DNA of 37,607 bases from a virus (IMGVR_UViG_2636415906_000005); one strand, 5' to 3'; shown: positions 1-8,798, counted from the stretch's first letter. Notes: a model not told the origin generated them from the letters alone. Numbers and translations are program-made.

Positions 1-1
1 A

Positions 2-1297
2 TTAATTTTTCATTGCTTCGTTATGGGGCATGGTTGGGGCAAACTCGCTTAACTGTGTATTTAACAAAGCTACCTGTGCATTATTGTTTTCAGACATCCA
101 TTTTCCGTATACCTGAAATACCATTTGCGCATCTGCATGGCCCATCTGGTTTGCTATAAATGCCGGGTTAGCACCAGCTGTCAGCGACCAGCAGGCATAA
201 GTATGTCTCGACTGATATGATTTTCGATGGCGGAGTCCGGCACGTTTTATCGCTGCGTCCCACATCTGCCTTATTGAGTCAACGGTAAAATGGTCACCAT
301 AATTTTTTACTCTCGCTGACACTTCAGGTTGAAAAACAAAGGTGCATTTATGTTTTTCTGTTCTGCCATACTCTCTGAGGTGAACATCAATGATATGCTC
401 TTTGCTCAGTCTCGTTAATGTCATCTGACTCCGGAGAGCGTCGATTGCTGGCTTAATAAGATGAATGACCCGATTGGTTCCCGCCTGTGTTTTTGGTACC
501 GTGAAACGGTCTTTTGCTAAATTTCTCCTGATCATCATTGTTCCATTTTTCAGATCTATGTCCTCCCATCCAAGTGCACACAGCTCACCAGGGCGAACGC
601 CAGTATAAACAGAAACACACCATAAATTTTTGGCTTGCTGATTTCTGCACGCATCGATAAGACGGATGAATTCCTCCCGCGAAAGAGGATCCGGAATGGT
701 TCTTGATTCCTTTAATGGCGAGATCCCCTTAAACGGGTTATCTACCAGGTAACCGTTATCAACACCAAACTGGAACACGGCGTTAAGATTTGTCATGTAA
801 TTATTTACAGTTACAGCCGATCTCCCTGGTTGTGTAACAATATAGTTACTTTTGGGGATCTGGTATCCAGTCAGTAGCTCTTTACGAACCTCCAGTAATT
901 TTTCTTTATTAATCGATGAGGCAAGATTTTTTTCACCGATTATGCTCAGGATATTTTTGATGACGGCACGGTATGTGTTGAGTGATGTTTTTGCGACTTC
1001 AGTTTCTTTCAGTGCCAGAAATTTTTCAGCCAGTTCTTTTATGGTTAAATCTTGTCGGGCCTCACCAAATTTTTCCAGATTGCGTGAGGAGGGAAACTGT
1101 TTTGCATAGTCGAAAACACCAGTTTTTATTGCGTAACAAACAGAGGCGCGTAGCTCACCTGCAACGCGCCTGTTTTTTGCTGTGTCAGGAACCCCCAGGT
1201 TTTCCCTGACTCTTACGCCTTTATAAACAAACCAGATACGTAATTTCCCTCCATGGTTTTCCACGCCTGTCGGATATTTCATTTCAACTTCTCTCAT
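2..1297 (-). CDS. int: Phage integrase, tyrosine site-specific recombinase (lambda Int family)
   Basis: 431-aa ORF with a C-terminal catalytic region of the tyrosine recombinase type (SRHTYACW ... HADAQMVFQVYGKW) and N-terminal arm-binding-like region; sits at the prophage edge next to an excisionase-like gene. True start may be the internal Met (MKYPTGV). Confidence 0.9.
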   Translation of the reverse strand: MREVEMKYPTGVENHGGKLRIWFVYKGVRVRENLGVPDTAKNRRVAGELRASVCYAIKTGVFDYAKQFPSSRNLEKFGEARQDLTIKELAEKFLALKETEVAKTSLNTYRAVIKNILSIIGEKNLASSINKEKLLEVRKELLTGYQIPKSNYIVTQPGRSAVTVNNYMTNLNAVFQFGVDNGYLVDNPFKGISPLKESRTIPDPLSREEFIRLIDACRNQQAKNLWCVSVYTGVRPGELCALGWEDIDLKNGTMMIRRNLAKDRFTVPKTQAGTNRVIHLIKPAIDALRSQMTLTRLSKEHIIDVHLREYGRTEKHKCTFVFQPEVSARVKNYGDHFTVDSIRQMWDAAIKRAGLRHRKSYQSRHTYACWSLTAGANPAFIANQMGHADAQMVFQVYGKWMSENNNAQVALLNTQLSEFAPTMPHNEAMKN

Positions 1298-1316
1298 TAG
1301 TTAGTGTGGCTTTTAG

Positions 1317-1568
1317 TCAAGTAAGATGACGTCTTGGTCTTGCTGATGCCTGGCGCTCAATCCAGCGATCAATTTCTTCCAGGTTGTAAAAGCATGGACT
1401 GTTATCCCATGGCATACCGTCATGAGCGACATGCTTATATTCCCTTCCTTCCATAAACGATTTTTCCCGGGCCTTTTTTAAGGTACCTTTTTTTATTCCT
1501 TTCAGCGCAATTAACTGCTCTTCGGATACCCATTTGCCGGGAGAGACAATCATGATTACTTCGCTCAT
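1317..1568 (-). CDS. xis: Excisionase-like small DNA-binding protein (putative Xis)
   Basis: 83-aa ORF immediately upstream of int on the same strand, the canonical xis position; basic, with a GREYK motif reminiscent of lambdoid excisionase-like proteins. Assignment is by position and size. Confidence 0.55.
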   Translation of the reverse strand: MSEVIMIVSPGKWVSEEQLIALKGIKKGTLKKAREKSFMEGREYKHVAHDGMPWDNSPCFYNLEEIDRWIERQASARPRRHLT

Positions 1569-1640
1569 CGATTTCTTTATCTCTTACATTAGACGAGCGC
1601 CGGTTGCAGAATACCAGTCACAACCGGCGACAGTTGAACA

Positions 1641-4112
1641 TTAAGAATCAGCCTGACTCGGGATCAGTTTTTGCCAGATAACTGAAACGTATTTTGCCTG
1701 GTAACGGGCGTCATCAAGTGCATTATGGCGCTCACCTTCGAATTGAATAGCCGTTCTGGCATCGAAGTCTATGGCTTTCCCCAGCTCAACGATTGTGCGT
1801 ACATCGCGATCGTTGTAGTAACGCCACGGGCAGGGGATCCCCTGCCGTTCGTATGAACGGCGCAAAATCGTGTTGTCGAAGTTGGCTCCATTTCCCCAGA
1901 CCTGAACAAAAAATTCACCGGAGTTTTCGTCGATAAATTCCCGCAATTGTAACAGTGCATCATCTAACGGGATTTCATCGGTCATAATGGCAGATTGCGC
2001 TTCGCGTGATTGCTTAAGCCACCATTTAATGGTGTCCCGATCAATGACTCCGCCAGCAGTTTCCAGATCGATAGTCTTACTAAATTCCGGTCCCATATCT
2101 CCGGTTTGCGGATCGAAAAATATTGCACCTATTGAGATGATCGGGGCATCAGGATTTTTTCCCATGGTTTCAAGGTCGATCATTAGATGGTCACACGTCC
2201 TGCTGGTGGATGTGATTTCGTGATGACCGTTCACCTTAATTGAGTGATCTGCCGTCTCGCCAGTTTCATTATCGCTATCGTGATGCTGATTGCCGCCAGT
2301 GTTCTCCTTGTGTGGATGTTCAGCGCCTTCCATTTTCTCCGGATCATCTTCCTGAACTTCAACCTGATACTCTTCATCGAATGTTTCCTGGTATGTTGCG
2401 TCGCCCATTACCGCGCCACAATCAGGGCAGTTGCCGCCGCCGGTCTGACCGCAGGCGGTGCAGACTTTTTCCACTTTCTGTTGCGCCACTGATTCAGGCT
2501 GTTTCGTTTCTGGCTCGTTTTGTAACGCATTTGGGCTGTTTTGTTCCGCTTTTTGGTAGTTCCGTTCCGATTCATGCTGGTTCTGGTTCACAGAATCGCG
2601 GGTCTGGATCCCCTTAACCCATTTCGGATCATTCGGGTCACTAATCCCTTCAACAAATTCACCACGTGATGCAGCAAGCAACTTATCGGCGTCAGGCTGG
2701 ATGATATTGGCTGCCTGCATAATTTTGTTTACTTCGTCAGCGGTAACTTTTATCGGCTCTGGTTGTTCTGAATCTTCAGCGGTATCTACATTTTGCGGTA
2801 AGCCCGTGTATGTGCCATTTTTTCGGGCAAAATATTCTTCTTTTGTGATTTCAGTGGCGCCAGCAGCCAGTGCCTTATCCAGACCAGAAAGTTTGTTTGC
2901 GCGACCGTATTTTTCTCCGTCCTTATCTGCGAAGAGGAAATAGAACGGCCCCTCACGCTCTACAGATGGTTCAGCTTCCGGCGCGGTTTCATTTTTTGGG
3001 ATATCAGATACCTCAGTTTCCACTGCATCAGTTTGTGTTTCTGATGACTGGAGAACATCAACAGTGCCCAGGTCTGTTTCTTCATTCTCAAACACGCCCT
3101 TTGTCGTCAGGTATTCGCAGATATATTTGTTCAGTGCTACGGGATCTTTGTGAATGTCGATCGGACGTTCACGGACAAGGCCAAAAATAGTTTGGCGGTC
3201 GTAGCGAAGGGCATCAGGCTGTTTGCGCATTGATGCCGAGATACGCTTCCAGTCTTCGCGGTCGTTATCGATAACTTCATTTTTTGCCCAGCGATGGATG
3301 CTGCCGTCAATGTTTCCGGCATCCACATCACCAGGCCAGAGAGCGTAGGCCAGTTCGTCATCCAGTGTTTTCCATGTCTGCTTGTATTCGCGATGAATGG
3401 CAGCAATGACCGGGCTGATTTTTCCTGTTGAATTTTCAGTGTACTGTTGATTGGCTCTGGCGCGGGCGAGATCAACAACAGACGTGTATTTTCCGGTTTC
3501 CTTGCGTTCACCTTCGCGACGTTTTTTCCAGATGCGCATCTCTGCCTGAATTTCGGGCCATTTGGCACCAGGAATACATTTATGCTTAACCCACCCAATG
3601 GCGTGCAACTTAAGCTCCGGATACATGGCGTTAACTTCTGGCATTTTCATCAACGCTTCAACGATATGTCCGTCGAATGTTGCCATGTCTTCCTGCAACA
3701 ATTCCTGTGCGCTAATAACCATATCAACGGTGATGTTTTCACATGTGTCGAACTTAACCATGACAGCGTTCTGTACTTCAGGGGCCAGCTTGTCAAAAGT
3801 GACGTTCATCGGATCGGATTCAGTCTCAACCGGGACAAAAGAAGCAGACTCCTCATCCCAGCGGTTTTCCTGCATATATTCAGCATCCCATGAATCGAGG
3901 GCAGGGCGGGGTATGCCAGGTTTATCCTCGCAGACAATAAATTTATAAGCGCAGTCCTGAGCAGCCGGATAATGTTCCAGGAATTGCCAGTGAAATTTTG
4001 CTCGAGCACGGCGTTCGTCGCTAGCTTCAATGGCTGTGGCTACAGCCACAGCGCCTTCTTCCCTTGTTGCCAGTTCGTCAGGAATAGCGGCGCAAATAAA
4101 GACTTTACTCAT
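1641..4112 (-). CDS. RecE-like exodeoxyribonuclease VIII family protein with C-terminal DEDDh (DnaQ-like) 3'-5' exonuclease domain
   Basis: 823-aa ORF. The C-terminal 180 aa carry Exo I (HLMIDLETMG), Exo II (VWGNGANFDNT) and Exo III (HNALDDARYQAKY) motifs. Internal segments (ASRGEFVEGISDPNDPKWVKGIQTRD) match my recollection of E. coli RecE-family proteins. Located in the early-left operon. Confidence 0.8.
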   Translation of the reverse strand: MSKVFICAAIPDELATREEGAVAVATAIEASDERRARAKFHWQFLEHYPAAQDCAYKFIVCEDKPGIPRPALDSWDAEYMQENRWDEESASFVPVETESDPMNVTFDKLAPEVQNAVMVKFDTCENITVDMVISAQELLQEDMATFDGHIVEALMKMPEVNAMYPELKLHAIGWVKHKCIPGAKWPEIQAEMRIWKKRREGERKETGKYTSVVDLARARANQQYTENSTGKISPVIAAIHREYKQTWKTLDDELAYALWPGDVDAGNIDGSIHRWAKNEVIDNDREDWKRISASMRKQPDALRYDRQTIFGLVRERPIDIHKDPVALNKYICEYLTTKGVFENEETDLGTVDVLQSSETQTDAVETEVSDIPKNETAPEAEPSVEREGPFYFLFADKDGEKYGRANKLSGLDKALAAGATEITKEEYFARKNGTYTGLPQNVDTAEDSEQPEPIKVTADEVNKIMQAANIIQPDADKLLAASRGEFVEGISDPNDPKWVKGIQTRDSVNQNQHESERNYQKAEQNSPNALQNEPETKQPESVAQQKVEKVCTACGQTGGGNCPDCGAVMGDATYQETFDEEYQVEVQEDDPEKMEGAEHPHKENTGGNQHHDSDNETGETADHSIKVNGHHEITSTSRTCDHLMIDLETMGKNPDAPIISIGAIFFDPQTGDMGPEFSKTIDLETAGGVIDRDTIKWWLKQSREAQSAIMTDEIPLDDALLQLREFIDENSGEFFVQVWGNGANFDNTILRRSYERQGIPCPWRYYNDRDVRTIVELGKAIDFDARTAIQFEGERHNALDDARYQAKYVSVIWQKLIPSQADS

Positions 4113-4205
4113 TTTGTTTTAACCTCATGACAGATTTAAGGATGAACAAATCCCTGCCATTGCTGGCATATAAGAATGAAACCGGATATTTATTACGGAA
4201 CTGTT

Positions 4206-4397
4206 TTAAAGACCTGCCGGGATTTCGATATTATACTGGTGAATAACTTTATCGACCGGGTAACAGTTACCGGGAATTTTCTGTTCGGTTGCTGCAGTCA
4301 TACACTCCTGCATTGTCCTGTGAACACTGACTGCAATATCAACTGGCTCTCCGGAAACAAGAAAAACTGTCAGAACAAGCGCAAATGCTGAATTCAT
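4206..4397 (-). CDS. ydfD: YdfD-like small lysis/toxic protein
   Basis: Internal Met of the 81-aa track ORF gives a 63-aa product MNSAFALVLTVFLVSGEPVDIAVSVHRTMQECM..., near-identical to my recollection of E. coli K-12 YdfD; directly downstream of dicB as in the Qin prophage. Confidence 0.7.
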   Translation of the reverse strand: MNSAFALVLTVFLVSGEPVDIAVSVHRTMQECMTAATEQKIPGNCYPVDKVIHQYNIEIPAGL

Positions 4398-4582
4398 TGT
4401 GCACATCCTTTTGGCATCAGACGTAAACGAGCCAGCATTGAAACAATGCATATTTTATTTAATAGCTCCCGTTCTTGTTTTCTCTTGTTAATGGCATCTT
4501 CAGTAAATACAGGGTTACTGATAGTGACACCAATTTCAAAACAACCTTCAGACGTATTAACGTTTGGTAATAACGTTTTCAT
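4394..4582 (-). CDS. dicB: Cell division inhibitor DicB (MinC-dependent FtsZ-ring inhibitor)
   Basis: Internal Met of the 97-aa track ORF gives a 62-aa product MKTLLPNVNTSEGCFEIGVTISNPVFTEDAINKRKQERELLNKICIVSMLARLRLMPKGCAQ, which matches my memory of K-12 DicB; GAGGA ribosome-binding site about 8 nt upstream on the minus strand. Confidence 0.85.
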   Translation of the reverse strand: MKTLLPNVNTSEGCFEIGVTISNPVFTEDAINKRKQERELLNKICIVSMLARLRLMPKGCAQ

Positions 4583-4751
4583 TATCGCGTCCTCAACAAT
4601 GAATTTTGTGATGCAGTGCCTGGTGCCTCCAGGTGACGTTAACCAGTTAACAATTAACGCCGGATACAGAGAATCCACCCATAACACTGTTTTTGGTTTT
4701 AACTGTTCCGCGTGCGCTTAGCCGCATTCACCGCATCACAAAATTCACTTT

Positions 4752-4809
4752 AAAAACGGCGGCAGAGCAGTCACGGAGTAAAACTGATACCGCCAAACGT
4801 CACCAGAAA
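4752..4809 (-). ncRNA. dicF: DicF small regulatory RNA (antisense regulator of ftsZ and other mRNAs) with intrinsic terminator
   Basis: Reverse complement of 4752-4809 reads TTTCTGGTGACGTTTGGCGGTATCAGTTTTACTCCGTGACTGCTCTGCCGCCGTTTTTA, matching the DicF sequence as I recall it, with a terminal GC hairpin plus U-run; immediately upstream of dicB as in Qin. Ends are approximate. Confidence 0.85.
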
Positions 4810-5068
4810 ATTGATAACAGAGGGCGTTGCAGCGGGGTTGTCACTTAAGCGTATGGTCAACCTGACAACTCGGTGTCCTCAACGGGGAAGGAATAACCCC
4901 GCCATACTTACCGCCGCGCCATTTCGCGGGTTGCCACAACCGGAAGCGCACGGTCGAATTAAATTTAACGACACCGTACAGTGAGACGAACTTCGCCGTG
5001 CGCTTTCGTGTTGTGTGCCTGCTTTTAACCACGTCAGGCGAGGTGGTATCCTTAAAATCACCACAGTT

Positions 5069-5644
5069 TTAAGGATTCATTAAGCAATGTCGCAACCACC
5101 AATAAATCCGCTTAAGAACATGAAAATTGATTACTGGTATAAAGCGCTTACAGTTGTTGGCGCTGCGTTGTTTGTCTTTAATGGAACGTCTTTTTTTGAC
5201 AGATATCCCGTTGTTCCATTGGGTTTTTTGTCCTCCGGCATCTTTTTTATTGGTTTGGGGGAGTGGATTAATCACCCTCTCAAAGTGAGATTTATTGGTC
5301 CTGGAGTTTGGACTCGTGGATATAATCGTTCTTCGTGCGCACTCGGTATCATCTTCGACATACTTGGTTGTTTCCTGATTGTTACAGGAGTCGTCAAGTT
5401 CTTCTGATGTAAAACCGCAAATGGGGCACGTAACGGGAATTTTGAAAAGCGTTTCTCCGGGTTCCAGAACAAAATTTTCTGCGGTCTGATTTTGCTTCTC
5501 ATATTTGTGCTCCGCGTCATTGTGAGAGCACATTCTTATTCTGAGTGCCTGTTTAAACTCACTGAAGCTGAGAGCTTCTTCGCCTTCGGCAAGGCCTTCG
5601 AAGTATTCTTCGTAAGCCTTTTCCATGATTGTGTCGAAATCCAT
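5069..5644 (-). CDS. Hypothetical early-left protein (ydfB/ydfC-region equivalent) with CPICGF zinc-ribbon-like motif; 3' extent uncertain
   Basis: ATG at 5644 overlaps the ydfA stop; the first ~90 aa (MDFDTIMEKAYEEYFEGLAEGEE ... CPICGF) look protein-like, while the C-terminal half is Lys/Asn-rich low complexity and overlaps a plus-strand membrane-like ORF (5087-5407). One of the two readings is probably spurious. Confidence 0.4.
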   Translation of the reverse strand: MDFDTIMEKAYEEYFEGLAEGEEALSFSEFKQALRIRMCSHNDAEHKYEKQNQTAENFVLEPGETLFKIPVTCPICGFTSEELDDSCNNQETTKYVEDDTECARRTIISTSPNSRTNKSHFERVINPLPQTNKKDAGGQKTQWNNGISVKKRRSIKDKQRSANNCKRFIPVINFHVLKRIYWWLRHCLMNP

Positions 5645-5645
5645 A

Positions 5646-5801
5646 TCACTCACCTGAGTTTCTTTCCAGCCAGCGACGGGCACCATTTTCGGTTTTAAAC
5701 GTTTTGCTTTTGGTATACGTCATCGCGGTGAACGTACCGTCCTGGTTGGGGAACACGCCACATACCAGAGATTCGCTGTTGCCAAGATCGATAGTATCCA
5801 T
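5646..5801 (-). CDS. ydfA: YdfA-like small protein
   Basis: 51-aa product MDTIDLGNSESLVCGVFPNQDGTFTAMTYTKSKTFKTENGARRWLERNSGE from the internal Met of the 103-aa track ORF; first gene of the early-left operon downstream of dicA, the same position and size as K-12 ydfA. Confidence 0.6.
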   Translation of the reverse strand: MDTIDLGNSESLVCGVFPNQDGTFTAMTYTKSKTFKTENGARRWLERNSGE

Positions 5802-5874
5802 GCTGACCTCATTTCCCCTTAACGCCGGGGTAGCGGAACTGTTTGCTGAGAACACCGTGCGGTGTCTTGATTGA

Positions 5875-5993
5875 AGTAATTTAGTTTTCTCATTATTTTT
5901 CGTCAAGGTTTTTTGATGAGAAAACTCAAGTATTGGCGCAAGATAAAGCCAATACATTGAAATGTAAGGCTTTAAAATTTTGTGAAGGGATGA
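5875..5993 (-). promoter_or_regulatory. PL-like early-left promoter/operator region downstream of dicA, containing an OL-like operator repeat (5918-5936)
   Basis: Non-coding interval between the dicA stop and ydfA; contains GAGAAAACTCAAGTATTGG (5918-5936), which matches the dicA/dicC intergenic sequence at 6454-6471 in 18 of 19 positions, and a TATTGG-N12-CCAATA inverted repeat. Confidence 0.45.
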
Positions 5994-6401
5994 TTATTGA
6001 TGCTTGTTGCGTTTGCGAGCCTCTAATAGCTCGGTGAACAGGCGATTAAAATTCTCAACGCGGGCGCGGAGTTCGCTGAGTTGTGCTTGTTGCTCTGATT
6101 TAGGAAGTGCGCGATACAAACGCAGCATCTCTAACTCATCTTCCGATAAGTCTAAGGCACTATCGAGTGAAACAGGGGGAGCTGGTGTTTTGTCCTCGTC
6201 GCCAAACAGTATCCAGGTTGGTGAACATTGCAATACCTCGGCGAGGCGATGCAAATTTTGCCCGCGCGGGGCTGTATGGTCACTTTCCCATAATGAAATT
6301 GATGAGCCAGATACGCCAGCAGCTTTGCTTAAACCGTTTTGACTTAAGCCTACCTGCTTACGTCTTTTTCTAATGCGTTGACCTAAAGTTTTCTCGTTCA
6401 T
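5994..6401 (-). CDS. dicA: HTH-type transcriptional repressor DicA (P22 C2-like immunity repressor)
   Basis: Internal Met gives a 135-aa product with an N-terminal XRE-type helix-turn-helix (LSQNGLSKAAGVSGSSISLWE) and the C-terminal block VLQCSPTWILFGDEDK that I recall from K-12 DicA; divergent from a Cro-like gene. Confidence 0.85.
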   Translation of the reverse strand: MNEKTLGQRIRKRRKQVGLSQNGLSKAAGVSGSSISLWESDHTAPRGQNLHRLAEVLQCSPTWILFGDEDKTPAPPVSLDSALDLSEDELEMLRLYRALPKSEQQAQLSELRARVENFNRLFTELLEARKRNKHQ

Positions 6402-6478
6402 ATTTAGATATCTTAATAACCCTTGACTTGAGATTCCTTGAGTGATTAGCATTGAGAAAACTCAATATTGGAGGTGCG
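6402..6478. promoter_or_regulatory. Divergent dicA/dicC promoter-operator region (immunity switch)
   Basis: 77-bp intergenic region between divergent repressor genes; contains the inverted repeat TTGAGAAAACTCAA (6452-6465) and the near-palindrome TTAGATATCTTAA, consistent with repressor operators. Confidence 0.5.
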
Positions 6479-6706
6479 ATGTTTAAATCAGACGTAATTA
6501 ATTTTTACGGTACGAAAGCCAAAGTAGCGAAAGCTGCTGGCGTTGACCCATCTGCTGTTTCTCAATGGCAAGAGCTGGTTCCTGAAGGTCGCGCGATGCG
6601 TCTACAGGAGGCATCTGGCGGCGAGCTTCTGTATGATCCCAAGGTTTATGACGAATATCGTAAGACGAAGCGGGCGGGGCGGTTGAACAATGAAAATCAC
6701 TCCTGA
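6479..6706 (+). CDS. dicC: DicC, Cro-like repressor
   Basis: 75-aa product from the ATG at 6479, preceded by GGAGG (6470-6474); C-terminal part LVPEGRAMRLQEASGGEL.YDPKVYDEYRKTKRAGRLNNENHS matches my recollection of K-12 DicC; divergent from dicA. Confidence 0.8.
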   Translation: MFKSDVINFYGTKAKVAKAAGVDPSAVSQWQELVPEGRAMRLQEASGGELLYDPKVYDEYRKTKRAGRLNNENHS

Positions 6707-7211
6707 ACAGGCTCGTGAGGCTCTGGATGCCTGGATATGTCGACCAGGAATGACACAGGAGCAGGCGACGATATTAATCACTGAAGCATTCTGGGCTTTG
6801 AAAGAGCGCCCGAACATCGATGTTCAGCGTGTCACAGATGAAGGTGGCGCGGTTGATCAGCGAGCGCTTGGCGTTAATCGAGTGAAGATATTCGAACGCT
6901 GGAAGGCTATCGACACTAGGGATAAGCGTGAAAAGTTCACGGCGCTAGTGCCTGCAATTATGGAGGCTATCCGGATTAATGATTTCAGGTTGTATCGTGA
7001 AATTAGTGACGGAAAAAGCATCACGTACATGATCGCCGGGTTAAACAAAGAATATGGCGATGTGGTGGAGTCCGGACTGCTTTTTGCTGATCCTGCCGTA
7101 GTGGATCGTGAAACTGACGAACTTATAGAAAAAGCAATTGCTTTCAAACTTGCGTATCGACAGCAATACAAACAAAAAGCTGGATGGAATTATGAGCCTT
7201 CTTTTTGCTGA
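6690..7211 (+). CDS. Early-right protein, YdaT-like (CII-position regulator/toxin YdaT family)
   Basis: 173-aa ORF overlapping the dicC stop, in the position occupied by cII/ydaT in lambdoid prophages; the family assignment is a loose, memory-based similarity. Confidence 0.45.
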   Translation: MKITPEQAREALDAWICRPGMTQEQATILITEAFWALKERPNIDVQRVTDEGGAVDQRALGVNRVKIFERWKAIDTRDKREKFTALVPAIMEAIRINDFRLYREISDGKSITYMIAGLNKEYGDVVESGLLFADPAVVDRETDELIEKAIAFKLAYRQQYKQKAGWNYEPSFC

Positions 7212-8157
7212 ACGCCCACTGGTTATAAACACACAGCTTGCGATGAAGATTGGCTTAAATGAAGCCATTGTGTTGCAGCAGTTGCATTACTGGTTGAGAG
7301 ATACCAATTCCGGCATGGAATGTGATGGTGTTCGCTGGATTTACAACACAACGGAACAATGGCTGGAACAGTTCCCATTCTGGTCAGAGTCAACGTTAAA
7401 GCGCGCGTTTGCAAGTCTGAAAACGCTGGGGCTTTTGCGTTGTGAAAAGCTCAATAAATCAAAGCGCGATATGACCAATTTCTACACGATCAACTACGGG
7501 AGCGAGCTTTTAGATGGTGGCAAATTGAGCGAATCCATCGGTTTAAAATGCGCCGCTCCATCAGGTCAAAATGACACGATGGAAGAGGTCAAAATGAAAC
7601 GCTCCATTGGTTCAAAACGACCCAATGTCATCGGGTCAAAATGGCCTGATGATCTTACAGAGAATACAACAGAGATTACTACAGAGAATAAAAACACTTT
7701 TCGTCCGGAAGCTTCGCAACCGGACCCGCAGACCGCTGAACAGGATTTTTTAACCCGGAACCCCGACGCGGTTGTGTTTAGTGCGAAAAAACGCCAGTGG
7801 GGTAGCAGGGAGGATTTGGCGTGTGCGCAGTGGATTTGGGGGCGGATCGTGAACCTTTACGAACAGGCTGCCAGCGACGATGGAGAGATCATGCGACCAA
7901 AAGAGCCTAACTGGACAGCCTGGGCCAATGACGTGCGCACAATGCGGATGCTGGATGGCAGAAGCCACAGACAAATTTGCGAAATGTTTGGTCGGGTACA
8001 GCGAGATCAATTCTGGGTAAAAAACATCATGAGCCCGTCAAAACTCCGCGAAAAATGGGACGAACTGGTCATCCGCCTGGGACGTTCACCTGTACAGCGT
8101 TGTATGAATCATATTTCTGAACCGGATACAGAAATTCCGCCTGGTTTCAGAGGATAA
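7192..8157 (+). CDS. Putative phage replication initiation protein (O-like / replisome organizer)
   Basis: About 321-aa ORF from the ATG at 7192 (overlaps the upstream gene end); the N-terminal predicted winged-helix region and the position after the cro/cII-like genes suggest a replication initiator. No DnaC/P-like helicase loader follows. Confidence 0.5.
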   Translation: MSLLFAERPLVINTQLAMKIGLNEAIVLQQLHYWLRDTNSGMECDGVRWIYNTTEQWLEQFPFWSESTLKRAFASLKTLGLLRCEKLNKSKRDMTNFYTINYGSELLDGGKLSESIGLKCAAPSGQNDTMEEVKMKRSIGSKRPNVIGSKWPDDLTENTTEITTENKNTFRPEASQPDPQTAEQDFLTRNPDAVVFSAKKRQWGSREDLACAQWIWGRIVNLYEQAASDDGEIMRPKEPNWTAWANDVRTMRMLDGRSHRQICEMFGRVQRDQFWVKNIMSPSKLREKWDELVIRLGRSPVQRCMNHISEPDTEIPPGFRG

Positions 8158-8197
8158 GTTTTGATTTCAGGTCATGAGGTAATTTTAAGGGGGACTT

Positions 8198-8599
8198 GTG
8201 GCAAAAGTTTTTACACAAGAAGAGCGGGAAAAAATTAAAGGGCAGGTGGTGGAACTCGTGCGCCAGAGCGGTCGTGAGACGTTACGGCAACTGGAAGCTA
8301 AAACAGGTGCGACTAGATATCTGATGAGCGTTCTTGCCAGAGAGCTGGTAGCCAGTGGCGATGTATACAACTCCGGCTACGGGTTATTCCCGTCTGAACA
8401 GGCGCGTAAGGACTGGCAAAACGCCCGCAAAAAACTATCGAGGGCAAAGGTGAAGAAAACAGCTGTGGTTGATCCGGACCTTATCTGGTCGTTACCTGAT
8501 GGAGAAATACGTCGCTACGACAGTCGCCTAAACATAATCTGTCGCGAGTGCCGGATGAGTGAAGTTATGCAGCGCATACTGGCATTTTATCAGGGATAA
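8198..8599 (+). CDS. Hypothetical phage protein (GTG start)
   Basis: 133-aa ORF with normal GC directly after the replication gene; no recognisable motif. Confidence 0.45.
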   Translation: MAKVFTQEEREKIKGQVVELVRQSGRETLRQLEAKTGATRYLMSVLARELVASGDVYNSGYGLFPSEQARKDWQNARKKLSRAKVKKTAVVDPDLIWSLPDGEIRRYDSRLNIICRECRMSEVMQRILAFYQG

Positions 8600-8696
8600 T
8601 GTTAGGTATTTTAGACGTTACTAGATTAAAAAGCATTAGTTCAGGAGTGAATTGACATTCTCATTTTTCATGGCACAGGGTAGATCTGGCGTGGTT

Positions 8697-8720
8697 GTCC
8701 GCTTTGTGCCAGAAGCGGAC
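8697..8720. repeat. Hairpin GTCCGC-N12-GCGGAC (left flank of AT-rich island)
   Basis: 6-bp perfect inverted repeat with a 12-nt loop; the same stem sequence and loop length recur at 10404-10427. Confidence 0.7.
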
Positions 8721-8798
8721 GTTACAATACAATCACTATGCTAATGCGCATTGATATGTGATATAACAATAATCAACCGTTCAAAAAGGAGCATTTAT

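Noticed and set aside
852-1209. Plus-strand ORFs (85 aa, 75 aa) inside the integrase gene
   Set aside because: Fully contained antisense to int, with no ribosome-binding site and non-protein-like composition.
1769-3948. Multiple 60-150-aa ORFs in other frames within the RecE-like exonuclease gene
   Set aside because: They overlap a long, motif-supported CDS; none shows start signals or recognisable motifs.
4841-5064. Two minus-strand ORFs (63 aa, 61 aa) between dicF and the upstream gene as possible ydfC
   Set aside because: Both are Arg/Pro-rich with GC-rich antisense-like composition and lie in the region likely forming the structured DicF precursor; not confidently coding.
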